From the human T2T-CHM13v2.0 reference genome, Homo sapiens, in NCBI RefSeq assembly GCF_009914755.1, contig NC_060939.1: a stretch of DNA of 64,000 nucleotides, one strand, 5' to 3'. How positions within the stretch are numbered: position 1 is the first letter of the stretch; every line of letters begins with the position of its first letter. Of this stretch, positions 30,471 through 44,260 are shown one piece after another. Below the pieces are notes generated by a model, which had not been told where the DNA came from, ran no database searches, and saw nothing but the letters and a program-made list of their open reading frames with translations. The translations under genes and the position numbers were made by a program.

Positions 30471-30763
30471 GGCCAGGAACGGTGGCTCATGCCTGTAATC
30501 CCAGCACTTTGGAAGACCAAGGTGGGTGGATCACGAAGTCTGGAGTTCGAGACCGTCCTGGCCAACATGGTGAAACCCTGTCTCTACTAAAAATACAAAA
30601 AATGAGCCGGGCATGGTGGCACATGCCTATAGTCCCAGCTACTTGGGAGGCTGAGGCAGGGAACTGCTTGAACCGGGGAGGCGGAGGTTGCTGCAGTGAG
30701 CCGATATCGCGCCACTGCACTCCAGCCTGGCGACAGAGCGAGACTCCGTCTCAGAAAAAAAAA
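30471..30763 (+). mobile_element. Alu
   Basis: TSD aaaagttcaattcta. Confidence 0.95.
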
Positions 30764-31137
30764 AGTTCAATTCTATCAAATACATTAAATCAATGTCCAA
30801 TATTAAAATGAATACTCGATTTTATATCACTTGTACGAGATAAAATTATTTTATTAGCATGTTTACTTCAAAATAAACTTGTTTCCTTTTTCAGTACAAT
30901 TTTACACAAAAATTATGAAATTTCTTCTGGCATGAAAACACCTACTCAAATCAAAACTTGTCATGTCACTTTTACCCTTCACAGAAATATAAACTTGTAA
31001 CTAAAATGCCCATCTTTTCATATAACTATATTTATCAACTTTACATACAATTAGAAGCATTTATGACGGGATATATAATAAATGGGGCTTTGAAATTTAT
31101 AACACATGGAACAAAAGTACAGAAACTGGAATTTCAC

Positions 31138-31369
31138 CTTTCACTAAAACCTTCCTCCATTTCAGCAGCATCAGCTGATGGTATGTCTCCAGGTGACTGC
31201 AAATAACAGGGATCATTTGACTTCCCGCCACTGCCTAGAACGGCTGCTCCAGGCCTAGAGTCTGCTGTGCTGCCCGACTGGGGCTCCTCTTCATCCTCAT
31301 GCCCAGGGTGCTCTATCATCCACATGGCAAGGACAGTGATATTCTGGGCATCAGCCTCTCCCCTAGCAC
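31138..31369 (-). CDS. HERC1: HERC1 exon, UBA C-terminal half
   Basis: tatag|GT GCT...AAAG|gtgaaa; ARGEADAQNITVLAMWMIEHP...; 232 nt. Confidence 0.95.
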
Positions 31370-31574
31370 CTATACAGGGGAAAAACAGTCTGATGCTGAC
31401 TTTGGGCAAAGAATTAGGTCTTTATGTTATAAGAGTGTTTGCTATGATGCTCTTGTAACAAAATATAGTGTTAAAAATCTTACCAAGTTTCATAGCCTCT
31501 TAAAAGTTATGTTGTCTTTAATAAGCTAGGACTTCTCATATCTGTATACACTGATATATAAAAACTTATCCTAC

Positions 31575-31691
31575 CTGTAGCTTCCATGGCTTTGGCAATC
31601 TGCCGAAGAGAGAACCCCATTTCCAGCAAGGGAACTGCAATTGCTGGAGGAGGAGGAGAAGTTGAAAGTCTACTGCTTGGGTCTGACAAGG
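31575..31691 (-). CDS. HERC1: HERC1 exon, UBA N-terminal half
   Basis: ctcag|CC TTG...ACAG|gtagga; AVPLLEMGFSLRQIAKAMEAT carries the UBA MGF motif; 117 nt. Confidence 0.95.
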
Positions 31692-31924
31692 CTGAGACAA
31701 AAGGAAGAGAAATAAGAACCTAAATATCACTAGATACCGTGAGTAAAAAGTGTCTTCATAGTCCTCAATTTCCTAGTATTGCCCAAGTTTAATGAAATTT
31801 TCCTCTACTCAGAATATGTGGCTGGGCACTGTGGCTCACACCTGTAATCCCAGTTTTACTAACATCCATTTATGTTATACTTTGTAAAGATTTGTGTAGA
31901 GGTACTATAAGAGTATGTAAATAA

Positions 31925-32570
31925 CCCACTCCTCATCCAAGTTCCATATTTGTAAATCTGTATACTCAATAAAATTTATTTGTAATCTCAAAATCAATAC
32001 TCATGTACTTTTGTAGTCATTTGTGACATATGCAGAGGGACTAAAAAGTTTAGTCCCTCAACATATGTGTTCACAGCTGAGGTCCAACAAGGTGATGCTC
32101 TGCCTTCATGTTTCAGCTCTCATGTGAAAAACAAGTGTCCTTTTCATAGTCTATTTAGTGCTACATTCTTCGCATTTTTATGCTTTTGGTCGGTGATTTC
32201 CCTGATTAAAATGGCCCCAAGCATAGTGCTAAAGTGCTGTCTAGTGTTTCTAAGCACAAGGATGCTGTAATGTGCCTTATGAAGAAAATACATATGTTAG
32301 ATAAGCTTCATTCATGATGAGCTATAGTGTTGGTGGCCATAAGCTCAACGTTAGTGAATAAACAGTATGTATTAAATGTGGTATCTTTAAACAGAAAGAT
32401 GCACAAAACAAGATTATACAGCATACTGATCAGATGATGGAAATGTAACTAGAAGTTCACAGGAACTTAACCCTGTATTTCTCCTAGGAGCAATGGTTCA
32501 GTATTTGCTAATTCAGTGTTCATAATAACCTTTTAGAACATAACTATTGCTAATAATGAGAATCAACTAT
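31925..32570. mobile_element. MER44-like (Tigger family) element
   Basis: cagctgaggtccaacaaggtgatgctctgccttcatgtttcagctctcat matches remembered MER44. Confidence 0.7.
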
Positions 32571-32990
32571 TATTCCATGTATTCAGTAAGTTAGAGGAAA
32601 GATTGAGCATGTGAAATAAACACGGAAGATGAGATTAAAAAAAAACAAATCAAATGTCTACTGATGAAAACTATAGTGTCTGAATAGAAAAATACACTGG
32701 ACATTAACAGAACATTAGACACTGCAGAAGAAAAGATGAATGAATTAGAAGATATAGCTATAAAAACTATCCAAAACAAATAATAATTTATTATGGAGCT
32801 TATGTGTAAAAGTGAAATGTATGAAAACAAAAGTATAAATGATGAGAAAAGGAAAATAAAATCATCCTGTTGTAAAATTATTACTTTAACTACATATGAA
32901 GTGGTACAATATCACCTTAAGGTAGACTCTGATAATTAAAGACATATACTATAAACCAGAAGGTAATCTCTAAAAATATAAAACGAAGTA

Positions 32991-33269
32991 CAGTTGACTC
33001 TTGAACAACATGGGTTTGTACTGCTCGGGTCCACTTACATGTGGATTTTCTTCTGCCTCTGCCACTCCTGGGAGAGCAAGACTAGTCCCTCCTTTTCCTA
33101 GCCTACTCAACGGGAATATGACTATAATGAAGACTTTTATGATGATCCACTTCCACTTAATGAATAGTAAATATATCTTCTCATCTTTATGGAGTCAAAA
33201 GTTATATACAGATTTTCAACTGTTCAGGGGGTTGGTGCTGCAACCCCTGCAATGTTCAAGGGTCAACTG
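32991..33269. mobile_element. Tigger2/MER8-like MITE nested in L1
   Basis: TIRs cagttgactcttgaaca / tgttcaagggtcaactg flanked by TA. Confidence 0.88.
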
Positions 33270-33489
33270 TATAGCTAATAAGCCAACAAAGGAGGTAAAA
33301 TGGAATAATAAAACTTATTTAATTCAAAGAAAGTTAATTAATTCAAAAGAGAACAAAAAACAGGTGGAACAAAATAGAAAGAAGGTGGATTTAAAACCAA
33401 CCATATCAATGATCACATTAAATGTAAAAGGCATACACACCCCAATTAAAAGGTAGAGAATATCAGATTGGATTAAAAAAAGCAAGATT

Positions 33490-33728
<239 letters not shown>

Positions 33729-34756
33729 CAAGACCTAACTACTACAACATGCTGCCTTTACCCATTTTAAATATAGAGACACAAATGGATGAAAAGTAAA
33801 ATGATGAGTAAAGATAAACCATCCTAACAATTTTTAAAAAGCAGGAGTGGCTATAACATCAGAGAAAGCAGATTTCAGGGCAAAAAAATATCACCAAGGA
33901 TAAAGGCATTTCATAATAACAGAAGGTCTATTCATTAAAAGAACGTAAGAATCCTAAATGTTTATGAACCTAAAGACAGAGCTTTAAAATATATGAAACA
34001 GAAACTGAAAACAGGAAATAGAAAAATCCACTATTATCGTCACAGATTTCAACAACACTCTCTCAATAATAGACAGAACAAGTAGACAAAAAAACCAGAA
34101 AGGATAAAGAAGACTTGGACAACAGTATCAACCAATTTGAGCCTGCTAAACAATTTATAGAACACTCAACAACAGCACAATACACGTATTTTCCAAGTGC
34201 ACTTGGAATATTTACCAAAACAGATGATATTCTAGGCTGTAAGACAAGTCTCAATAAATTTAAAGTGATTCAAATTATACAAGATATGTTCTCTGACAAT
34301 AATAAAATTAGAAAGCAGTAACAAAACGATATCTAGAAAATCCCCCAAATATTTGAAAACTAAATAACATACTTCCAAATAGTCCAGAGGGCAAAGAAGA
34401 CATCAAAGGCAAATTAGAAAGTACTTTAAATGAAAATGAAAACACAGCATTTCAAAATGTGTGGGTTGCAGCTAAAGCAGTACTTAAAGGGAAACTTACA
34501 ACACTAAAAATGGCTATATTGGGAAAAATGAAGAGCTGATATGACTAATGTACAGCACATTATTTCTCTCCGAAATGGCCATAATTCAATCCACAGCTTC
34601 AACATGAAGATCATAGCTCAGTTTAATGGGGCAGTTCCCCTTCATTAAAATCACTGTTTTACCTTCTGTGAAGACAAAACACAATGCCCACATAATAAAG
34701 TCCCACACATCTGGAATGCCAACTTTGGATATCATAGTGCATATCAGCACACGCAC

Positions 34757-34917
34757 CTGTGCGGTTAGCTGGCCTTGCTGACTGGGAATCAGGAGAAGTT
34801 AAACTTTGCCTCCTTCCTACTTCATCAGAAGGAGAGGTTGGTAACGAAGATATTGGAGGAGTCTGTGCCCGACGTGTGGGAAGTACAGTGGTAGTTGGGT
34901 AACTAGAGAACATTTGC
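34757..34917 (-). CDS. HERC1: HERC1 exon (S/T/P-rich)
   Basis: taaag|G CAA...ACAG|gtgcgt; QMFSSYPTTT...PANRT; 161 nt. Confidence 0.95.
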
Positions 34918-35991
34918 CTTTAAGAAAATAACAGTGGTTAGCATAAAAATCCAATTTACGAAATAATACATACATCACAATCTTCTTATAGAAGAATATG
35001 CAACCTGGAAGACTAAACAGGTTAGTTATAGTTTAATGGAGGGTGGGGAGAAAGACTCCTTAGTTTTAAAAATGATTATCTCATGCAGCACTTTCAGTAT
35101 AAATGTAATAAAACCTTATGATTCTTTCAGCAAAATGCCAGCAACAAAGCAGGTTGGGGGAATACAGCCATTAGCAAAATAGATGAAAAATGCCTGCCTT
35201 CACAGAGCTTTCCTTCAACTATAATACCAAGATAAGAGGGGTAATTTGGTATGTACAGTTACAGTGCAAAGAAGGCTTTTAAAGATAGGTAACTTGCAGT
35301 TACTTTTAAGTATTAATATAAACTCACTAGCTAGTCATGAAATTATTCACATGGATTGAAAGTAATGGTTTACAGGCAAGTTATGGAAAGAAAAGGTAAC
35401 TGTCTAGTCACCTAGCACAACTGCAAAACAGTACATGAATGATATGTCAGCGGCACAGTCGGGGAAAGGTACGGGGAGGCAGCCCCTTCTCCGATGAGAA
35501 TGTGGAGCATGGTCAGGGAAAGGTATTGGAGGGAGAACCCCTCTTCAGTTGAGAAATGTGGACAGCAGTCAGAGTATAAAGTCCATAAAGATCCACACTG
35601 ACTGCTCTTCAGATTTGTCCAAAAGAACTAGGAACTTTCTAAGTATCAAAAATGTACTGTCTACCAAGTCAGTAATACAATGGTATACACACAGGAAGGA
35701 GTAGTTCTCTGGTTTTTCCTCTACTAAATGATGTTCGCCCAGTAAGAGCCAAGTGCAACTCTAATGAAGTCCCAGCCAATAGCAGGAAAATGAAGACAGA
35801 AGAAATGAGGAGTCATAAGTCCTGGTGAATGCCTATGGGAGCAAGGGGGCATGATTCTACCACTGAATCCCATGCCCACACTAATCAGAGCTGAAAAGGT
35901 TACAAGGAGTCACAGTGCTACTGATCTTGTGTGGACGCCTTGAATTCTGTAATTGCCAGAGGGATTAAAAACCATATTAGAATGTCGTATC

Positions 35992-36607
35992 AGGCAAGCA
36001 TCGTGGCTCACACCTGTAATACCAGCATACTTTGGGAGGCTGAGGCCACAGGATCACTTGAGGCCAAGAGTTCAAGACAAGCCTGGACAACAAAGCAAGA
36101 TCCTGTCTCTACAAAAAAATTTCAAAAAATTAGCGAGGGGCCAGGTGCGGTGGCTCACATCTGTAATCTCTGCACTTTGGGAGGCTAAGGTGGGCAGATC
36201 CCCTGAGGTTGGGAGTTCGAGACCAGCCTGACCAGCATGGAGAAACCCTGTCTCTACTAAAAATACAAAAAGTTAGCCGGGAGTGGTAGCACATGCCTGT
36301 AATCCCAACTACTCAGGAGGCTGAGGCAGGAGAATCGCTTGAACTCAGGAGGCTGAGGTTACGGTGAGCCCAGATCGCACCACTGCACTCCAGCCTGGGC
36401 AACAAGAGTGAAACTTTGTCTCAAAAAAAAAAAAAAAAAAAATTAGCTGGGTGTGGTGGTACACTTGTAGTCCCAGCTACTCAGGAGACTGAGGCAGGAG
36501 GATGGCTTGAATCTAGAAGACTTTGAGGCTGCAATGAACTATGACTGTGCTGCTGTAATCCAGTCTCAGTGACAGAGTAAGCAGCTGTCTCTTAAAAAAA
36601 AAAAAAA
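35992..36607 (+). mobile_element. AluJ with an AluS nested in its A-rich linker (inner copy 36139-36441)
   Basis: Left arm, full dimer, right arm; duplicated aaaaattagc. Confidence 0.92.
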
Positions 36608-36764
36608 GTGAGAGAGAAAAAAAGAATAACCTATTATTCCTCTATCTTCCTTATTCTTTGAACAGACGCACCTCCTGAAACTATTATTCCAGTAAGAGAG
36701 CTAACATGTAGGAGATATGTGGGGTCTGAAAATGGTACTAGGATTGTACTCCTGCACAAGACCA

Positions 36765-36945
36765 CAGCAGTAATTCTCAAAGTGTACGCTGAAGCCACTG
36801 TATCAGAATCACTAGAGAAACTTAATTAAAATGTAAACTATGGGCCCCACCAGACCTACTGAATCAGACTTGCTGAGGGATACAGCCCTAGAGCTTTAAA
36901 AAGTTGCCCAGGTGGCCTTGGGCACACCAAAAATTGAGAATCACT
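36765..36945. mobile_element. MER5A
   Basis: cagtaattctcaa...ggccccaccagacctactgaatcaga...ttgagaatcacta. Confidence 0.8.
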
Positions 36946-37715
36946 ACAATAGACACTCCCCTGTTCCACTGTTTAAGATGTCAGTCTACACAGTGAAAAT
37001 CGTAATGCCTTCTTAACTAAGGAAAGAGGGGAAAGAAGAAAAAGGGAGGCTAACCATTCTGCTTCCCTTATTTCACTTAAGTCATAGTTAAGAGAGCTCA
37101 TAAAACAGTCTCTTCCCTGAAGGCTCTTCTCTCAAAAGTTTTCATTTGTATATACATCTGGCAAATTAAAGCAAAAAGAAATTTAAGTAAGCATCACTTG
37201 GAATTTACAAACCTATTAAAATAGAGTTGGCTAAAGAAGCATCATAAGACATGCCCTTTCGTTTGAAAAGCAGACTTGCTCGAAATTTTTTTAAGAATAA
37301 AAATACAGTTAAAGAAGTATGCTTAAAATGAAAACAACCTGAGAAGAGAAAATTATTTTCATGGAGGTGAATATTCCAAATAAAAGTATTTACTTTTTGA
37401 GGAAAAAAAAATACTCAAAAACTTAGGGGAAAAAATTATCATCATAAGAGAGAGAATGTTAGACTACTTGCTGGTCAGCACGACAGTTGATTAGACCTGG
37501 GATCACCACTAACTGGCTGTGAGTTTTGGGTAAGTTATTAAACTTCTGAGGGACATTTCCAAATTCAGTAAAATGAGCTTGACTATATGATCTCTTAGTT
37601 TCTTTCTAGCTCTAGAACACCAAGATTCAGTTGGGCATACTATTCATATGAGGACAACTGTGCCTTCAGAAACACAGGCATCAGTATGGCAGACATTAAA
37701 GGTCAACTTCTCTAC

Positions 37716-37914
37716 CTGAGAAGACTAAGAGGCATCACTCCCGGGGACTCGGATGCAGGCACTGTTTCTGTGTCAGTGACTGGAGTGGTGGCAGTTGTGG
37801 TGTCCTCCAGAGAGCTGCTCATAAAGGAGGTCGTGCTTGAGGCTGATGGGCTAGTAGTAACTGGTGTCTGTGCCTGCTGGGCAGGGTCACTTTCTTCAGC
37901 TTGTTGATCAATCT
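37716..37914 (-). CDS. HERC1: HERC1 exon (S/T-rich)
   Basis: tctag|AG ATT...TCAG|gtagag; IDQQAEESDPAQQ...PLSLL; 199 nt. Confidence 0.95.
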
Positions 37915-38679
37915 CTAGAAACCAAAAAAAAGGTTAAGAAAGTAGTAAGGATTTGTTTTTTCAAAAATAACAGCGGGAATAAAAAACTTCTACCTGTTTA
38001 ATTTAAAAGTTTCTAAATATATTTCACAAGCATCAATTTCTATGAAAGATTGACAGAAAAAAATATTCTTACTTATATACATCTTTGTATTCACTACTGT
38101 ACTCATTAATTCCAGACTCTACAGACAGTATTGTAATGAGCCCTTGTAATTACACATTTCTGTTTTTAGAGAAGAGGGTTCTCTTAAAAACAAAAAAAGT
38201 CTCACTTTTGGTTGTAAGATCTGATAAGAGGTTCTCTAAGGTATCCAATCATTAAAACTGTGTTTCCTTCACACTTTCATTTTGATGCCTATCTTTAATC
38301 TACAAATAGGCAAAGATAAAAGCATGTAAATACAAGAAGAGTAAAAACCAAGACAGAAACTTCACAATTTAAAAAGGACAATTTCATTAAAAAACCCACT
38401 TAGTTAACAACTCTAAAAGTTTACAAAGTATTTATATATTTTTTTTAATTGTTAAGGAAGCCTACAAATAAACTAACTAAAATATGAGTTGCTACAAAGA
38501 CAAGTAATTCTATTAGGTTTGATAAAAAGCCACATTACTTCACAATCATCATGATCTTAACATTCCTACTTATATACACCATGTACCTCTCTCTCTCTCT
38601 ATTTACTGTCCAAGCTAAGACAAGAAGAAAAGGAATAAGTACAAAGGAAAAGAAGAAAGAAGGGAAAGAAGGAAGAACA

Positions 38680-38790
38680 ATATAAACTCCATGAAGGCAA
38701 GGGACTTTGTTTTGTTAACTGCTGCCTCTCCAGAACCTAAGAAAGTACCCAACACATAGTAGGTACTCAACAAACATTGACTGAACGAAT
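38680..38790 (+). mobile_element. L2 3' end
   Basis: taaactccatgaaggcaaggga...cacatagtaggtactcaacaaacatt. Confidence 0.75.
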
Positions 38791-38949
38791 CTCATTTTTA
38801 TTTCTGCATTCATATTCTCCCCAAATGTGAGGATACAAGATAAAACAGGAGCTTTTCTTTTTTTACATGCAATATGCAGCCTATGAAAGTAGAGACTTTA
38901 AAATTTATTTTAAAATATCTCTGAGAAGATATCAGAATACTATGTATTT

Positions 38950-39272
<323 letters not shown>

Positions 39273-39561
39273 TAAATACTTTTTTTGGTATAAGTTAAAT
39301 TTTGTTTTACAAAATGTAGTAATAATTGCTGTGTTCTAACACTGGTATAGGTTTAAAATAGCAAAATTATAGACAGAAGATTACTAATAGAAAAATAATA
39401 AAAAAGAACTGTTTTCAAGAAAAAATGATGTGAAAATTGCTTTGACCAAAAAAAAAATTTTTTTTTTTTTACAAATCACTTACAGAATGTATCACTTCTG
39501 ACAATTATGAAAATAATCTCAACAGCACAAAAGCAAAAAAAAAAAAAATCAGATAACATAC

Positions 39562-40337
39562 CTTGCTTAATTTTGCCCCCAAACTGGTCTTCCAAAAGCC
39601 CATGAACCACTAATTTATAGATCATGGCTTGCGCTCGTTCCAGATCAGCTAATCCCAATGCTCTCTTTATGGGTGACCGCATGACTGCTCGCTTCACCAT
39701 GTGTCGCATCAAGAACTGCAGGGCTGCTCGCATCTCCACGTCTTCATGAACAACTGGAGAACTTGCACAGTCTGAGTTGTGGCCATTTTCAGCCAGAACT
39801 TTTGGTATCAGCAACAGCTCAGCATATTTACTACAGCCAAGAAGGGCACTAAGTGACTTCATAGCACCGAGGTAAAGATAGGACAGCTGGACTGCTCTGA
39901 TTTCTGACTGGGCTACATCATGGTTTTTGGACATGTGTTCATGATTTTTTCTTTTCCCTTCTGTTATTTGATGTTGGGATTCCACACTTGGCAGTGTTGG
40001 ATCTAAAGAAAATGAAGCGATTTCATTTTCTGATTTGGAGCTTGTGGTACTCTGACTTTTGACGTCATCAGATGTTAGGCCTGTTCGCATATCTAAAGCG
40101 GATTCACTCTCAGGTTTCTGCTCAACATCCCCTTTCTCCTCGGATTCATGTCGGTGTTTCTTTTCATGTCGTTTGGTGCTCTGTTTGCCCATGTCTTCAT
40201 GAACGCCAGTGAGATATGTTAGGTCCAGCAGCACAGAAGCCGTCAGGCCTCGGAATCGCGCCACATCAAACGGCAATGGTTCACAGGGTTCCAGATTATA
40301 CAATGGAGTATCACTAGGCGACCAAAAAGTTGGGAAG
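39562..40337 (-). CDS. HERC1: HERC1 large exon (alternative acceptor at 40313 possible)
   Basis: taaag|C TTC...CAAG|gtatgt; FPTFWSPSDTPLYNLEP...GGKIKQ; 776 nt. Confidence 0.94.
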
Positions 40338-40588
40338 CTTTAATAAAGATCAGAATGACACAGGAAGAAGCAAGTGAGGGAAAGACGGGAGGAAGGTACG
40401 GAAAATAATGTAGACAAAATAAGGTGCATCATGTACACAATACAGAGAATAATTTACACAAACTAGAGAAATCATTACAAACACAGAGAAAAACGAGTCT
40501 ATTATGAGAAAATGGGGAGATGTGATACTAAATGCAGAAGCAATGAGATGCTTTCAAATAAGAATATTCACTAATATATAATGTATGC

Positions 40589-40780
40589 CAGGAGTTAGCA
40601 AACTTTCTGTAAGGGGCCAGACAGGAAATATTTTAGACTCTGCAGGGCACACAGTCTCAGCTGCAACCACTCAACCCTGCCATCATAGTGCAAAAGCAGC
40701 CACTGATACAACTAAACAAATGGGTGTGGCTGTGTACCTTTACTTATAAAAACAGGAGGTTGGTCAGATGTAGTTTGATG
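40589..40780. mobile_element. MER58A-like
   Basis: caggagttagcaaactttctgtaaggggccaga...aaaagcagcca. Confidence 0.75.
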
Positions 40781-41066
40781 TAAGCTATTCAGAAAATTTG
40801 TATAATAAATCTAGTTTATAAATGGTTACTTATAACTTATTTCAGTGAGGACTTCATTTCATAAAAAAGTTTACTTTGTAGTCTCAAATAATGCCTCTAT
40901 AGTTTAAGCCAAAATATAATTATATATTTCCTGATATTGGCAAGAACTTCCTGAAGTTTAAGAATGATATAATTATACAAAATGTAATAAAAAGCTTTTG
41001 CCGGTATAAAGTTTTGTTGTTCTAACCTAAATCTTGGTTCTATATTACCTTTCTATTTTCCTCTAG

Positions 41067-41421
<355 letters not shown>

Positions 41422-41636
41422 TACTGTATGCATCTTAACCAGGCATCATAAATCCTTTCTGAAACAAGGCAAAGAATGAGAGGAAAGGTCGACACTTGCA
41501 TGTCATTCTGTAAAGCTGTCACTGGTTTCTTAGCTTGGTAGAATGGAGGGGAAGGCAGAGTCCATTAACCCCTGAAATTGTGTGTAAAGTTTATGTGTAT
41601 GTATTTTTTGGCTAAGATGATCCATAGCATTCACTA

Positions 41637-42088
<452 letters not shown>

Positions 42089-42172
42089 TCACCAATAAAT
42101 CCATATTTTCAAATGATACAATTATGTAGAGTCATTAGACAAATGAGTCTACTTATCAAGGAAGATACTTGA

Positions 42173-42432
42173 CAGGATGAGTATCCCTTATCCAAAATGC
42201 ACAGGATCAGAAGTGTTCTGGATTTCAGATTTTTTTCCCAAATTTTGGAATATTTACATTGTACTTAGCAGGTGAGCATCCCAAATCCAAAAATCCCAAA
42301 TCTGAAATGCTCCAATGGGCAACTCCTTTGAGTGAAAACCTGAAACTTTTTGAGCACCAACATGATGCTCAATGGAAATATTCATTGGAGCACTTTGGAT
42401 TTTGGATTTTTGGATTTGGGATGCTCAACCTG
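42173..42432. mobile_element. Tigger4/MER46-like MITE
   Basis: TIRs caggatgagtatccct / gggatgctcaacctg; internal inverted copy. Confidence 0.8.
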
Positions 42433-43064
42433 CATTTCCTTGTAAACATATGAAATTTGTAATTTGCACAAATCCTCTCTGAATTCAAACACACCTAAAT
42501 GCTTTTAAATACCCAGTTTGTGTTAAATAAATGTAACTTTCACATCTAATCAAAATGTTTACATTGAGGGGACAGAAATATGTGGTTTTATAAAAAGGAA
42601 GAATACTTAAAATTACAGATAATGCAAAGCCTAATTTCAGTCCGTCAAACGTTCATATCCAATATTCAGAGCCTTGCTACCACAAAATGCAATGAACAGA
42701 TTAGCTGGCTGGCTTTTTACTATGCCAGTGTGTAACAGAAATGATCAAAATGCAAAAAGCCAAATGAAAATTGGAAGAAGAATCCCAGTTAAACATATAA
42801 ACTAAGGAGCTTACCATTTTTTCCCCAAAACAAAACAGAACAAAAAGACTATGTATTTTTAAAACCCACTAGTATTTCAAAGAACATGGGTTTAGGAAAT
42901 TCTCCTTTAAGAAATTACAGTAGAAACATCTAGCTGCATGAGAAATATTTTTAAAAGTTAACTGGCAGCTCACCTAAAATACATAATTACTCACTGTCGA
43001 CAGGCAATGGCCTATTTCACCATTAAATATTTGTTTGCTAAAAGTGTAACTCAACAGATCATAC

Positions 43065-43585
43065 CTGATAGTAATTTCTGCTTCATCCCATTGGACCTTG
43101 GCAGACGTGCTGCCCTCTTTGACCACTCCCAGCAGCGTGGCATGGCGCCCAGTTTGCTTGTGAACACACCGACCTCCAACTCTAAGACCAGCATCAACTC
43201 CTCCTATCACAGCCAGCACGGGCCACACCTCTATGCAAAGAGTCCTCAGCTGCAGCTCTGAGAGGTCAGCGAGGCCATGCCTAGTATGTTTACCTTTCTC
43301 TTCCTCTTTGCTCTCCTTCTCCTCTCTCATTTCATTTTCCTCTCGGCTCTGAACCGAGCGGCTTTTCTTTAGCTTCTGACCTGACTCTTTAATACATATC
43401 TTAATTTTGTGAAGCCTTTCCATCATTTTTTTGTTAATGCAGTAAGTCCAACGGTCTGTTCGGTGAAGGATACGGACGAGCTGAATAGTGGCCTCAGCCA
43501 GCACTGCTGCTACTGGACTACAAATAGGGTCTCCTGGAAGTAAGTCTCGGGGTGTGCCACGCATCTGCATATCACAAATTTTCAC
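43065..43585 (-). CDS. HERC1: HERC1 exon, end of SPRY plus SH3-like segment
   Basis: tatag|GTG...TCAG|gtatga; VKICDMQMRG...VQWDEAEITI; 521 nt. Confidence 0.96.
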
Positions 43586-44039
43586 CTATATAAAAGTAAA
43601 GAGGGTGGAAAACACATGCTATTAGTAGTTCTTCTTAGTCACTATAAATTCTAACATGTAGAATCCCATGTTGAACTAGTATTTGGGTCTCTTCATACAT
43701 GTGAATTATACCAACTGGCCCCCAAAGAGTAAGGAAATGTCACAGACACACTGAAGTTAGTAGTGGTATGGTCCACTGGAATAAGCTGCCCTGTTATTTA
43801 CATTTCCTGTAACTCATGAATTCCAGAGATGTTAGGAAAATTTGAAAGATGAATATAGAGACCAAGCCGTATATGACTGACTCAATTTAGTCTAAAATAA
43901 GCCTTAAGGATATACTCATTCTCATCCTCAAGGCTCCAGAATGATGAGTCCTGGACATTTTACATTGTTCAAGGGGTGCAAAAGTAAAATCATAAAGTCA
44001 CAATCTGGATACACACTGCAAATAAGACACAGAAGTAAA

Positions 44040-44260
44040 AAGAGGAGCAAAACTTGGGTTCAAATCATAACTCTGTATAATCTTGGGAAATTATTTAATC
44101 ATTCTAAGTCTTAGCTTTTCATTTAAAACCTGACACTAATAATAGCATCTGTCTCCTACAGTTATTTTAAAGATTAAATGAGATTATGCACATAAAGTGC
44201 TTATTAGTACATTGCCAGTCACGCTGTAAATGTTAAAAAAGGTTAACTGCTATTAGTATT
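44040..44260. mobile_element. MIR
   Basis: ttgggttcaaatc...aagattaaatgagattatgcacataaagtgctta. Confidence 0.7.

Noticed and set aside
33001-33456. 151-aa plus-strand ORF
   Set aside because: Chance read-through from a Tigger MITE into the L1 ORF2 start; begins at TTG
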